Shown here piece after piece: positions 55,583-64,000 of a DNA stretch of 64,000 nt. Location of the stretch: assembly GCA_965237415.1 (NCBI GenBank), contig CBDEFM010000002.1:1824001-1888000 (forward strand). The letters are read 5' to 3'. Numbering within the stretch: the stretch's first letter is position 1; every line of letters starts with the position of its first letter. Below the pieces are notes generated by a model. That model worked only from the letters and a program-made list of their open reading frames with translations. It ran no database searches and was not told the origin of the DNA. The DNA is from Alphaproteobacteria bacterium (lineage in GTDB: Bacteria; Pseudomonadota; Alphaproteobacteria; UBA828). The translations under genes and the position numbers were made by a program.

Positions 55583-56365
55583 GTGAAAGTGGATGGCAAG
55601 AAGGCGATCGTCACCGGCGCCGCGAAGGGCATGGGCGCGGCCATCACCACGACGCTGGCACGCGAGGGCGCCGACGTCGTGCTCACGGCCCGCGAGACCG
55701 ACGCGCTCGATCGGGTTGCCGGGGATGTCCGCGCGCTCGGGCGCGAGGCCCACGTCGTAGCCTGCGATGTCACCGACGATGCGCAAGTGAAGGCAATGGT
55801 CGATCGGGCGCTCGCGGCCTTCGACGGGCGCATCGACATTCTGGTCAATATCGCCGGCGTCACCGGCCCCATCGAGACGCCGGTGCAGGATATTGACGTG
55901 GCCGACTTCGACTACGTCATCACGGCCAACGAAATCGGTACCTTCCTGCCCATCAAGTATGTGGTGCCGACCATGATCGCGCAGAGGAGCGGCAAGATCG
56001 TCAATATCGGCGGCACGTCGGGCCTGCGCGGCTACGCCATGCGGACCGCCTACAGCGCGTCCAAATGGGCGGTGCGCGGGATTACCCGCACGGTCGCGCT
56101 CGAGGTCGGCAAGTACAACGTCAACGTCAACGCTGTCTGCCCCGGCATCGTCGAGACGCCGCGCATGCAGAAGCTCTGCGAGGAGAAAGCCAGAGTGCGC
56201 GGCTGGACGATCGACCAAGTGTACGACGAATACGTTCAGGAGATGTGCCTGAAGCGTGTGACCACGCCGGACGACGTGGCCAACGCCGTGTTGTTCATGG
56301 CGAGCGAGGACAGCCGCCAGATCACCGGCCAGGCCATCACGGTCGACGGCGGCTGGGACGTGTGA
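55583..56365 (+). CDS. SDR family oxidoreductase
   Basis: TGAAKGMG, YSASK, VNAVCPG. Confidence 0.92.
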   Translation: MKVDGKKAIVTGAAKGMGAAITTTLAREGADVVLTARETDALDRVAGDVRALGREAHVVACDVTDDAQVKAMVDRALAAFDGRIDILVNIAGVTGPIETPVQDIDVADFDYVITANEIGTFLPIKYVVPTMIAQRSGKIVNIGGTSGLRGYAMRTAYSASKWAVRGITRTVALEVGKYNVNVNAVCPGIVETPRMQKLCEEKARVRGWTIDQVYDEYVQEMCLKRVTTPDDVANAVLFMASEDSRQITGQAITVDGGWDV

Positions 56366-56399
56366 GGCGGCAGCGCAGGCGATAACGGGAGGCGTCACG

Positions 56400-57287
56400 A
56401 TGTACACGCCGTTCGAGTTGGACATTCCGAACGACCTGGCCGGCGCTCTGGCGGCCCTCGCCAACGGTGCCGGCGAGACCGTTCTGCCCCTTGCCGGGGG
56501 CACGAACCTCATCGTCGACATTCGCGCCAAGCGCGAGCGGCCCGACCGGATGGTGGGCCTCGGCGAGGTCGACGAGTTGCTTGGCATGGACTTCGGAGCA
56601 GAGCGCATAACCATCGGCGGTCGCACCACGGTGAGCGACCTCCTGCGCTCGCCCGAGATCGCCCGGGCGGCGCCGTCGCTGATCGAGTCCGCCCGACTCT
56701 TCGGCGGCCTGATGGTGCGCAACACCGGGACTGTCGCCGGGAACATCGCGAGCGGCTCGCCCGCGGCGGATCTGGTGCCGCCGCTTCTCGCTCTCGATGC
56801 CGAGCTGACGCTGGTGAGTGCGTCGTCCACGCGCACGTTGGCGTTGGATGACTATTACCTCGGCTACAAACAGGATGCGCGGCGGCGGGACGAGCTGATC
56901 ACCCGGATTTCCTGGCCGCACCTGCCCGAGAATTCCGTCAACACCTTCTACAAGCTGGCCCGCCGCAAGGGCGATGCGATTACCGTCACCGGCGTGGCAG
57001 TGACGCTGGCGGCCGCGGGCGGCCGCTGCACCAAGGCGCGGATCGCACTTGGGGCCGTCGCGCCCATCGTCTTCCGCGCCAAGGAGGCCGAGGCGCTGCT
57101 GGAGGGCGAGGCGCTGACGCCGACGCTGATCGACGAAGCAGCGGCAGTGGCGGTATCCGCGTGCAGCCCCATCGACGATATCCGGGCTTCGGCCGACTAC
57201 CGCCGCCATACGGCCCAGGCCCTGACACGGCGACTGGTTGCCCAAGCGTGGGATCGGCTCGCCCAGGGGAGTAACGCGCATGCCTGA
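56400..57287 (+). CDS. Mo-hydroxylase FAD subunit
   Basis: LAGGTNL, VRNTGTVAGN, SPAAD, PIDDIRASADYR. Confidence 0.92.
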   Translation: MYTPFELDIPNDLAGALAALANGAGETVLPLAGGTNLIVDIRAKRERPDRMVGLGEVDELLGMDFGAERITIGGRTTVSDLLRSPEIARAAPSLIESARLFGGLMVRNTGTVAGNIASGSPAADLVPPLLALDAELTLVSASSTRTLALDDYYLGYKQDARRRDELITRISWPHLPENSVNTFYKLARRKGDAITVTGVAVTLAAAGGRCTKARIALGAVAPIVFRAKEAEALLEGEALTPTLIDEAAAVAVSACSPIDDIRASADYRRHTAQALTRRLVAQAWDRLAQGSNAHA

Positions 57288-57768
57288 CGAACGGACCATC
57301 ACACTCCGCATCAACGGCCGCGAGGAGGAAGGGCGCTTCCCCGCGCATCGCACGCTGTTGGAAGCGCTGCGGCAGCTCGGGCACATGGAAGTGAAGTGCG
57401 GTTGCGAGAAGGGCGATTGCGGCGCCTGCGCCGTGCTGCTTGACGGCATGGCCGTGGACAGCTGCCTGACCGTGGCCTGGATGGCGGCCGGCAAGGAGGT
57501 CACGACCATCTCCGGCCTCGGCGACCTCGATTCGCCCCATCCCTTGCAGCAGGCGTTTGCCGAAACCGGTGCCGCGCAGTGCGGCTACTGCATTCCAGGC
57601 ATCATCATCGCGGCGAAGGCGATCATCGACGAGAACCCGGAGCCCCGCGAAGACGACATCCGCTTAGGTCTCAGCGGCAATCTCTGCCGCTGCACCGGCT
57701 ACACCAAGATCTTCGAGGCCATCGCCGACGCGGCCGCCGCGATGCGCGCCGAGGGAGGTGAGCAATGA
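57280..57768 (+). CDS. Mo-hydroxylase 2Fe-2S subunit
   Basis: GCEKGDCGAC, QCGYC, GNLCRCTGY. Confidence 0.95.
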   Translation: MPDERTITLRINGREEEGRFPAHRTLLEALRQLGHMEVKCGCEKGDCGACAVLLDGMAVDSCLTVAWMAAGKEVTTISGLGDLDSPHPLQQAFAETGAAQCGYCIPGIIIAAKAIIDENPEPREDDIRLGLSGNLCRCTGYTKIFEAIADAAAAMRAEGGEQ

Positions 57769-60089
57769 CCCACACCGACATCGACGCAGGCGCGCTGGCC
57801 AACGTCCAATACCGGCAGATCGGCAAGCCGCTCACCCGCACCGACGCGCCAGGCAAGGTTACGGGCCGCACGCCCTATGCCGGCGATTACGTGATGCCCA
57901 ACATGCTGCACATGCGGGTGCTCCGCGCCGACATCGCGAGCGCCCGTCTCGTGCGTCTCGATGTCTCGAAGGCGCGGGCGCTCAAGGGCGTCGCCAGCGT
58001 GCTCACCGCCACCGATCTCGCCGACCGCACGGCGGCCACCGACATCCCCGGCCAGACCGGCCAGAAGAGGCTGGATACGGATCAGCCGGTTCTGGTGAAG
58101 GAGCGGGTCCGCTATTTCGGCGAGCCACTGGCGTTGATTGCTGCTGAAACCCGCGATCTCGCCGACCGGGCGGCGGACTTGATCGAGTTCGAGCTTGAGC
58201 CGATCCCTGGCGTCTACGACCCGCTGGAAGCGCTGCAGCCCGGCGCGCCGCTCGTCTACGGCAGCGACAACATCGTCGCCGAGCGCAAGATCAAGAAGGG
58301 CGATGTCGAGGCGGGCTTCGCCAAGGCCGACCTCATCGTCGAGAACACCTACAAGACACCCTTCCAGGAGCACGCCTTCCTGGAGCCGGAGGTCGGCCTC
58401 GCCTGGGTGGATGAGAACGACGTGGTCAACATCCGCGTCTCGACCCAGGTCATCGAGCACTTCCGGCCGATCGCCGATGCCATCGGCGTGCCGCACAACA
58501 AGGTCCGCGTGCGCGGCGCGCTGGTCGGCGGCGGCTTCGGCGGCAAGGAGGACATGACCGTTGAGGTCTATCTGGCGTTGCTTGCCAAGCACACCGGGCG
58601 GCCGGTGCGGCTGGAATACTCCCGCGAGGATTCCTTCGTGGGCCACGGCAAGCGTCACCCCTTTATCCTGACCTACCGCACGGGCGTCACGAAGGAGGGC
58701 AAGATCACGGCGCTCGACGTGCAGATGATCGCCGATGCCGGCGCCTACGTGTTCCTGAGCCCCTACGTCATCCTCTACGCGCTGGTCGCAGCACCCGGCC
58801 CCTACCGCGTCGACAACCTCAATGTCTTCGCCCGGGCCGTGGCGACCAACAACATGTACACCAGCGCCTTCCGAGGCTTCGGCGCGTTGCAGGCCTGCAC
58901 GGCCTACGAGCAGCAGATGGACGAGATCGCCGAGACGCTCGGCATCGATCGCCTGGAGCTCAGACGGCGGAATTTCCTGAAGACCGGCGAGCCCATGTCC
59001 ACGGGTTTCGTGCCGCCGAGCGCCATCTGGACCGAGCAGTGCGCGGAGAAGGCCTGGGCCGCGCTCGGCGAGCCCACGCCGGCGGAGGGGCCGATACGGA
59101 CAGGCCGCGGCCTTGCCTGCTATCAGCAGAGCTACGGGCGCCTCACCTTCCTGCACGACACCTCGGAGGCCTGGGTCGGCGTCGAGATGGACGGCACCGT
59201 TGTGGTGCGCTCCGGCGTCACCGACATCGGCGCCGGGCAAATTTCGGCGCTGGGCCAGATCGCGGTGGAGGTGCTGGGCGTCACCCTCGACAACGTGGTC
59301 ATCTACAGCAGCGATTCCGCGGTGACCCCGCTCGCCGGCACGACCACGGCGACACGCGCGCTCTACATGACCGGCAACGCCGCCAAGCAGGCGGCCGAGG
59401 GGCTTCGCGCCCGGCTCGCCGAACGCGCGGCGCAGGAATTCGGCGTCGCCCCCGACGAGATCGACATGGGCTTCAACGAGGTCTTCGTCATCGATAAGCC
59501 TGAAGCATCCATGCCCCTCGTCGACCTGGTGCGCATCTGCGCGGCCGAGGGCATCCACCGCTCCGAGCTCGCAATCTTCCGCGCGCCGTTCGGCGAATTT
59601 CTCGACCCCGAGACGGGCCAGGGTCAGGCCCATCCCGACTATGCCTACGGCGCGCATGCCGTCGAAGTCTCCGTCGATGTGGAGACCGGCGAGGTCGAGG
59701 TGCTGAAGAGCGTGGCCGCTCACGATGTCGGCCAGTGCATCAATCCGGCGGCGGTCGAGGGCCAGATCCAGGGCGGCGCGCAGAACGGCCAGGGCTACGC
59801 GCTCAGCGAAGAGATGCTCTACGAGGAGGGCCGCCTGGTGACGCCGTCGTTCAGCGAATACCTCATGCCGACCGCGATGGACATGCCGAAGGTCGAGTGC
59901 ATCATCCTCGAATCCCGCAGCGGCGTGGGCCCCTTCGGCGCAAAGGGCATCGGCGAGCCGGCCATGACCGCCGTCGCACCCGCCATCGCCAACGCCGTCG
60001 CCGATGCCATTGGCGTGCGCGTCTTCGAGATGCCGATCACGCCGGAGCGCGTGGTCCGGGCGTTGAAGCGGCGCGATGCCCCGCAATGA
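57765..60089 (+). CDS. Xanthine/nicotinate dehydrogenase-family molybdopterin subunit
   Basis: EHAFLEPE, VGGGFGGK, AFRGFG, EGQIQGG, GAKGIGE. Confidence 0.93.
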   Translation: MTHTDIDAGALANVQYRQIGKPLTRTDAPGKVTGRTPYAGDYVMPNMLHMRVLRADIASARLVRLDVSKARALKGVASVLTATDLADRTAATDIPGQTGQKRLDTDQPVLVKERVRYFGEPLALIAAETRDLADRAADLIEFELEPIPGVYDPLEALQPGAPLVYGSDNIVAERKIKKGDVEAGFAKADLIVENTYKTPFQEHAFLEPEVGLAWVDENDVVNIRVSTQVIEHFRPIADAIGVPHNKVRVRGALVGGGFGGKEDMTVEVYLALLAKHTGRPVRLEYSREDSFVGHGKRHPFILTYRTGVTKEGKITALDVQMIADAGAYVFLSPYVILYALVAAPGPYRVDNLNVFARAVATNNMYTSAFRGFGALQACTAYEQQMDEIAETLGIDRLELRRRNFLKTGEPMSTGFVPPSAIWTEQCAEKAWAALGEPTPAEGPIRTGRGLACYQQSYGRLTFLHDTSEAWVGVEMDGTVVVRSGVTDIGAGQISALGQIAVEVLGVTLDNVVIYSSDSAVTPLAGTTTATRALYMTGNAAKQAAEGLRARLAERAAQEFGVAPDEIDMGFNEVFVIDKPEASMPLVDLVRICAAEGIHRSELAIFRAPFGEFLDPETGQGQAHPDYAYGAHAVEVSVDVETGEVEVLKSVAAHDVGQCINPAAVEGQIQGGAQNGQGYALSEEMLYEEGRLVTPSFSEYLMPTAMDMPKVECIILESRSGVGPFGAKGIGEPAMTAVAPAIANAVADAIGVRVFEMPITPERVVRALKRRDAPQ

Positions 60090-60109
60090 GAGACGGGGCG
60101 CCCTGAGCG

Positions 60110-60871
60110 ATGGCCGATAGCAACGACAAGCCGCTCGGGCGATACATCCGGGTGCTTGAGACGGTGGCCGCCGCGCGAACCGGGCTCACGCTCACGGACA
60201 TCGCCAAGGAGCTCGAACTGCAACCGGGAACGGCACATCGCCTGATCCGCGGCCTCCTGGACCTCGACCTGTTGCGCAGCGCGCCTGGCACCAAGAGCTA
60301 CGTGACCGGGCCTCGCCTGCAAACCCTCCTCCACGCGACCATGGACGGCGCCGGCTATGCGGGGCTGGCGAAGTCGGTGCTGGACGGGCTCGTTGCGGAG
60401 TTCGGCGAGACCGCGCATCTGGCCCGGCTGAACGGCGACTTCGCCGAGTCCGTGCTGATGGAGCAGCCCGTGGGCTCCGACCGCGCCTTCGTGCAGCCGG
60501 GCCGGCAACTGCCGTTGCACGCGGCGGCCTCCGGCAAGGCGATCCTGGCGTTCCAGGACGAGGAGTTCGTCGCGCGCTACCTCTCGCGCCCGCGCACGCG
60601 CTACACGGAGAAGACCAGGGTCGGGGAAGCGGAGATCCGCACTGAGCTCGGTCAAATCCGCGCGGACGGCATGGCGGTATGCGACAACGAACTCGATGCC
60701 GGCGTGCTGAGCTACGGACATCCGATCCGGGTGAGCAGCGGCTATGTCGTCTATTCGGTCGGCATCACCGGCCTCGCGGACCGCTTCCGCCCCATGGAAC
60801 GAACCCGGATCAAGCAGAAGTTATCCGAGGCGGCGGCCGACCTCGGCAGGAGGCTCGGATTTACGAGCTGA
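60110..60871 (+). CDS. IclR family transcriptional regulator
   Basis: HTH (LTDIAKEL...TAHRL), ETAHL, PLHAAASGKAILA. Confidence 0.92.
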   Translation: MADSNDKPLGRYIRVLETVAAARTGLTLTDIAKELELQPGTAHRLIRGLLDLDLLRSAPGTKSYVTGPRLQTLLHATMDGAGYAGLAKSVLDGLVAEFGETAHLARLNGDFAESVLMEQPVGSDRAFVQPGRQLPLHAAASGKAILAFQDEEFVARYLSRPRTRYTEKTRVGEAEIRTELGQIRADGMAVCDNELDAGVLSYGHPIRVSSGYVVYSVGITGLADRFRPMERTRIKQKLSEAAADLGRRLGFTS

Positions 60872-60883
60872 TGGGAGTTCGCG

Positions 60884-61822
60884 ATGGTTGACGCACGCTT
60901 GGCAGAGATTATTCGGAATTGCCGGAACGGTACGGGAAGCAACTGCGGCGGATATCTGGAACCCACCGCCACGGGCCAACCGGGGGCCTACATCTCGACG
61001 ATCTTGCTATCGACGGGCAGTGTGAACCTTGAACAATTTCCAGGTTACCCATTCGACGAGGACTTAGACCAGGGCATGGCCAAAATCGTGTCCTACGATC
61101 GCGCCGAATGTAACGATTCCTATATCGGTCAAATCAATATGTTGCAGGCGTCGTCGTTCAGCGGCGTTAACGGAGCGATATGGGGCTACGACCTGGCAAT
61201 CGAACCCCGCATCGGGAAGACGTATCCTGTCGGCCGTATCGAGAATATACCCATCTACTCCCTCATTCCCTTACGCGATGCAACCCGGCAGCTCTTTGGA
61301 GTCGCCGAAAACCGGCATTTCCCTCCGCAAGAAGGCGCCATGGTCGTTTGCGCCGAGAAGTACCTCACAAGCGCGGTCTCCGACGGAAATTTGTGGATTT
61401 GGTGCGCTCTCGGGTTCGCGATTGCGGAAGACCGCGATAATCATGCTTGCTTGTTTATGGAAGACACGGGGTCGTTGAGGCTCGGGGAAGACGAAGAACA
61501 GACCGTGCGGCACAAGCTCGACGATAGGCTCAACAGGATCGCCTATGCGGCGTATCTATGCGGCGAGAATCAGGGCGCACGCTACAAGAAGATCTACATC
61601 GGCTGGAAGGCGTCCTACATACCGAAGAATCACGTGGGTTGTGCGCTCGCCTGCGCCCCATACGTGACGCTTCCGTCCGGCGCATTCAAGAACATTACTC
61701 CGGAGACCGACATCCTCGAGCTTTCGACCGAGGACTGGCTATCCAGAGTGGGCTTTTCCGAGGTGGACGAGCCCGACTATGCGCTCAAGACCCTGACCGG
61801 GCCGAATATCCCTCTCCAATAA
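60884..61822 (+). CDS. hdcA: Pyruvoyl-dependent histidine decarboxylase proenzyme homolog
   Basis: IVSYDRAE, YIGQINM..ASSF.G (Ser-Ser cleavage site at 61151-61156), CAEK, FMED.G, APYV; lower GC than its flanks. Confidence 0.85.
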   Translation: MVDARLAEIIRNCRNGTGSNCGGYLEPTATGQPGAYISTILLSTGSVNLEQFPGYPFDEDLDQGMAKIVSYDRAECNDSYIGQINMLQASSFSGVNGAIWGYDLAIEPRIGKTYPVGRIENIPIYSLIPLRDATRQLFGVAENRHFPPQEGAMVVCAEKYLTSAVSDGNLWIWCALGFAIAEDRDNHACLFMEDTGSLRLGEDEEQTVRHKLDDRLNRIAYAAYLCGENQGARYKKIYIGWKASYIPKNHVGCALACAPYVTLPSGAFKNITPETDILELSTEDWLSRVGFSEVDEPDYALKTLTGPNIPLQ

Positions 61823-61918
61823 ACGCGGATTCACGGGCCTAGGGAGAGACATCGTGATCGACGAATTGGGACGCCGGCCGGCGTCCGGCCGGTCTCCTCG
61901 CTGACCGGGAGAGGCACG

Positions 61919-63007
61919 TTGGTCGAGGACAGCATAGCGATCGAGGTACGCGATGCCGTCAAACGCTTCGGCTCGGTGACCGCACTCGCCGGGGCGAGTC
62001 TGACGATCCGGGACAACGAGTTTTTCACGCTGCTCGGGCCTTCGGGCTGCGGCAAGACCACCCTGCTTCGCCTGATCGCAGGCTTTGAGGACATCACCGA
62101 GGGGACGATCCTCCTCTACGGCGAGGAACTCGGCGACCTCCCTCCCAACAAGCGGCCGATCAACACCGTCTTCCAGCACTACGCGCTTTTTCCGCACATG
62201 ACGGTGGCGGAGAACGTGGCCTTCGGCATGCGGAGGCTCGGCTGGAGCAAGGCCGATATCGAGGACCAGACCGCCCGCATCCTCGACCTCGTGAAGCTCG
62301 GCGACCTCGCAGCCCGCAGACCGTCTCAGCTCTCCGGCGGGCAACAGCAGCGGGTGGCACTGGCGCGGGCGATGGCACCTCGGCCCCGGGTGCTGTTGCT
62401 CGACGAGCCGCTGTCCGCGCTCGATCTCAAGCTCCGGCAGGCGATGCGCATCGAGCTGAAGCAGATTCAGAAGGATACCGGCATCACCTTCGTCTTCGTC
62501 ACCCACGACCAGGAAGAAGCACTGACGATGTCGGACCGCATCGCCGTCATGTCGGCGGGCGAGATCCGGCAGATCGGGACGCCGCACGAAATCTATGAGG
62601 CGCCCGTCGACCGCTTCGTGGCCAACTTCATCGGCGAGACCAACGTCCTCGACGTGACCGTGCTGCGGGGGCCGGACGGCGCCTACACGTGCCGCCTGAG
62701 CAACGGCGCGGTGTTTCCGTGCCAAGCCGCCGGCACTCCGTCGGAGGACGGGGCCACCGCGCATGTGCTGATCCGGCCCGAGCGTCTGTCTTTTGTGGCC
62801 GCGGAACAGGGTGATCGCGGCCTCACGGGCGTGGTCGACCAGATCGTCTATCTCGGCACCGACATCCAGTACGGCGTCCGGCTCGACGGAGGGCCCGACG
62901 TCCTGGTCCGGACGCAAAATGCCGGCGAGGACGTGAGGCCTTACCAGTCCGGCGACCGGGTGGGCCTCACCATCGCCCCCGGCGCCGCCCGGCTGCTGGT
63001 GGACTGA
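61919..63007 (+). CDS. Polyamine ABC transporter ATPase (PotA type)
   Basis: GPSGCGKTT, NTVFQHYALFPH, LSGGQQQR, DEPLSALD. Confidence 0.92.
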   Translation: MVEDSIAIEVRDAVKRFGSVTALAGASLTIRDNEFFTLLGPSGCGKTTLLRLIAGFEDITEGTILLYGEELGDLPPNKRPINTVFQHYALFPHMTVAENVAFGMRRLGWSKADIEDQTARILDLVKLGDLAARRPSQLSGGQQQRVALARAMAPRPRVLLLDEPLSALDLKLRQAMRIELKQIQKDTGITFVFVTHDQEEALTMSDRIAVMSAGEIRQIGTPHEIYEAPVDRFVANFIGETNVLDVTVLRGPDGAYTCRLSNGAVFPCQAAGTPSEDGATAHVLIRPERLSFVAAEQGDRGLTGVVDQIVYLGTDIQYGVRLDGGPDVLVRTQNAGEDVRPYQSGDRVGLTIAPGAARLLVD

Positions 63008-63933
63008 TGACGGCCGAGCTCAGCAGCACCAGGGCAGTCTCCCGCACCTTCGCGCCGGTGCGCACCGGATTGCTGATCCCCACCTGGGTGGTGATCGGTT
63101 TCTTCCTCCTGGCCCCGGTGCTGATGATGCTCGTCTACTCCTTTCTGACGAAGGAGTTCCGCGGCGGGGTGATCTGGGAGTTCTCGCTCGCGGCTTACGA
63201 CCAATTCATCTTCGACCGCGGCCTCTTCGGCGACGATCCGCCCAAGATCGAGTGGACGTACATCGTCATCTTCGCACGCTCGATAATTCAGGCCGCCGTT
63301 GCCACCGTCCTCTGCCTCATCATCGGCTTCCCGACCGCATACTTCATCGCCACCCGGTCGCCCGAGACGCGCTCGATCTGGCTCTTCCTGGTCACGGTGC
63401 CCTATTGGGTGAACCTGCTCATCCGCACCGTTTCGATGAAGTTCCTCATCCGCGACAACGGGCCGCTCAACAAAGCCTTGATGGGTCTCGGACTCATCAA
63501 CGAGCCGATCGCGCTCATCAACACCGATTTCGCCGTGCAGCTCGGTCTCTTCTACTCGTACCTGCCCTTCATGGTGCTGCCCATCTATGCATCGGTGGAG
63601 CGTTACGACTTCGCGCTTTCCGAAGCGGCGGCCGACCTCTACGCCGGGCGCTGGACGATCCTCCGCCGGGTGATTCTGCCGATCGTGCGGCCTGGCATCG
63701 TGGCCGGTTGCATACTGGTCTTCGTGCCGAGCCTCGGCGCGTTCCTTGCGCCCGATCTTCTCGGCGGCGCCAAGTCATTCCTGATCGGCTCCCTGATCGA
63801 AGAGCAGTTCAAGGGCAACGCCGGCAATTGGCCGTTCGGCGCGGCCGCGTCGATGATTCTCCTCACTCTCGTGCTGATCGTGCTCTTGATCTATGCGCGC
63901 CGGCAAGCGCGGCGCAGCGCGAAGCAGGGCTGA
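63007..63933 (+). CDS. Polyamine ABC transporter permease (PotB type)
   Basis: PYWVNLLIR, YLPFMVLPIY, EAAADL, NWPFGAA. Confidence 0.92.
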   Translation: MTAELSSTRAVSRTFAPVRTGLLIPTWVVIGFFLLAPVLMMLVYSFLTKEFRGGVIWEFSLAAYDQFIFDRGLFGDDPPKIEWTYIVIFARSIIQAAVATVLCLIIGFPTAYFIATRSPETRSIWLFLVTVPYWVNLLIRTVSMKFLIRDNGPLNKALMGLGLINEPIALINTDFAVQLGLFYSYLPFMVLPIYASVERYDFALSEAAADLYAGRWTILRRVILPIVRPGIVAGCILVFVPSLGAFLAPDLLGGAKSFLIGSLIEEQFKGNAGNWPFGAAASMILLTLVLIVLLIYARRQARRSAKQG

Positions 63934-63934
63934 G

Positions 63935-64000
63935 ATGCGGCGCAGCCTCAATATCAGGCGCTACCCCGGCTTCCTGCCGATGACGATCCTCTGTCTGGTG
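63935..64000 (+). CDS. Probable second permease (PotC type), runs off the window
   Basis: ATG 1 nt after the upstream stop; MRRSLNIRRYPGFLPMTILCLV begins a hydrophobic segment. Confidence 0.6.
   Translation, partial: MRRSLNIRRYPGFLPMTILCLV

Overview
High-GC alphaproteobacterial window (Rhodospirillales/Kiloniellales-like by inference from the zeta-subunit gene, purC-purS-purQ-purL-bolA-grxD synteny and class II DAHP synthase). 1-17.4 kb is mostly core genome (DAHP synthase, nicotinate PRTase, nadE, cysS, trmJ, rpsD, pur genes), interrupted by a low-GC DUF2971-like gene and a repeat-filled purS-purQ spacer. 17.4-64 kb is an accessory nitrogen/heterocycle catabolic region. It holds a NYN RNase with a structured leader, a sugar-type ABC transporter, an IS256-disrupted lipoprotein, dihydropyrimidinase plus amidase, and a complete but active-site-divergent urease cluster. 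It also holds a split PEP-utilising kinase with a Mo-hydroxylase and HD-domain gene, a hydantoinase A/B-SDR-second Mo-hydroxylase-IclR operon, a pyruvoyl-type histidine decarboxylase and a PotABC-type transporter. Several genes are broken (frameshifts, a 125-bp duplication, deletions, an IS insertion). The best candidates for undescribed systems are the kinase/Mo-hydroxylase/HD module, the divergent urease, the hdcA-linked operon and the NYN leader RNA. All calls come from motif recognition only; no database searches were run.
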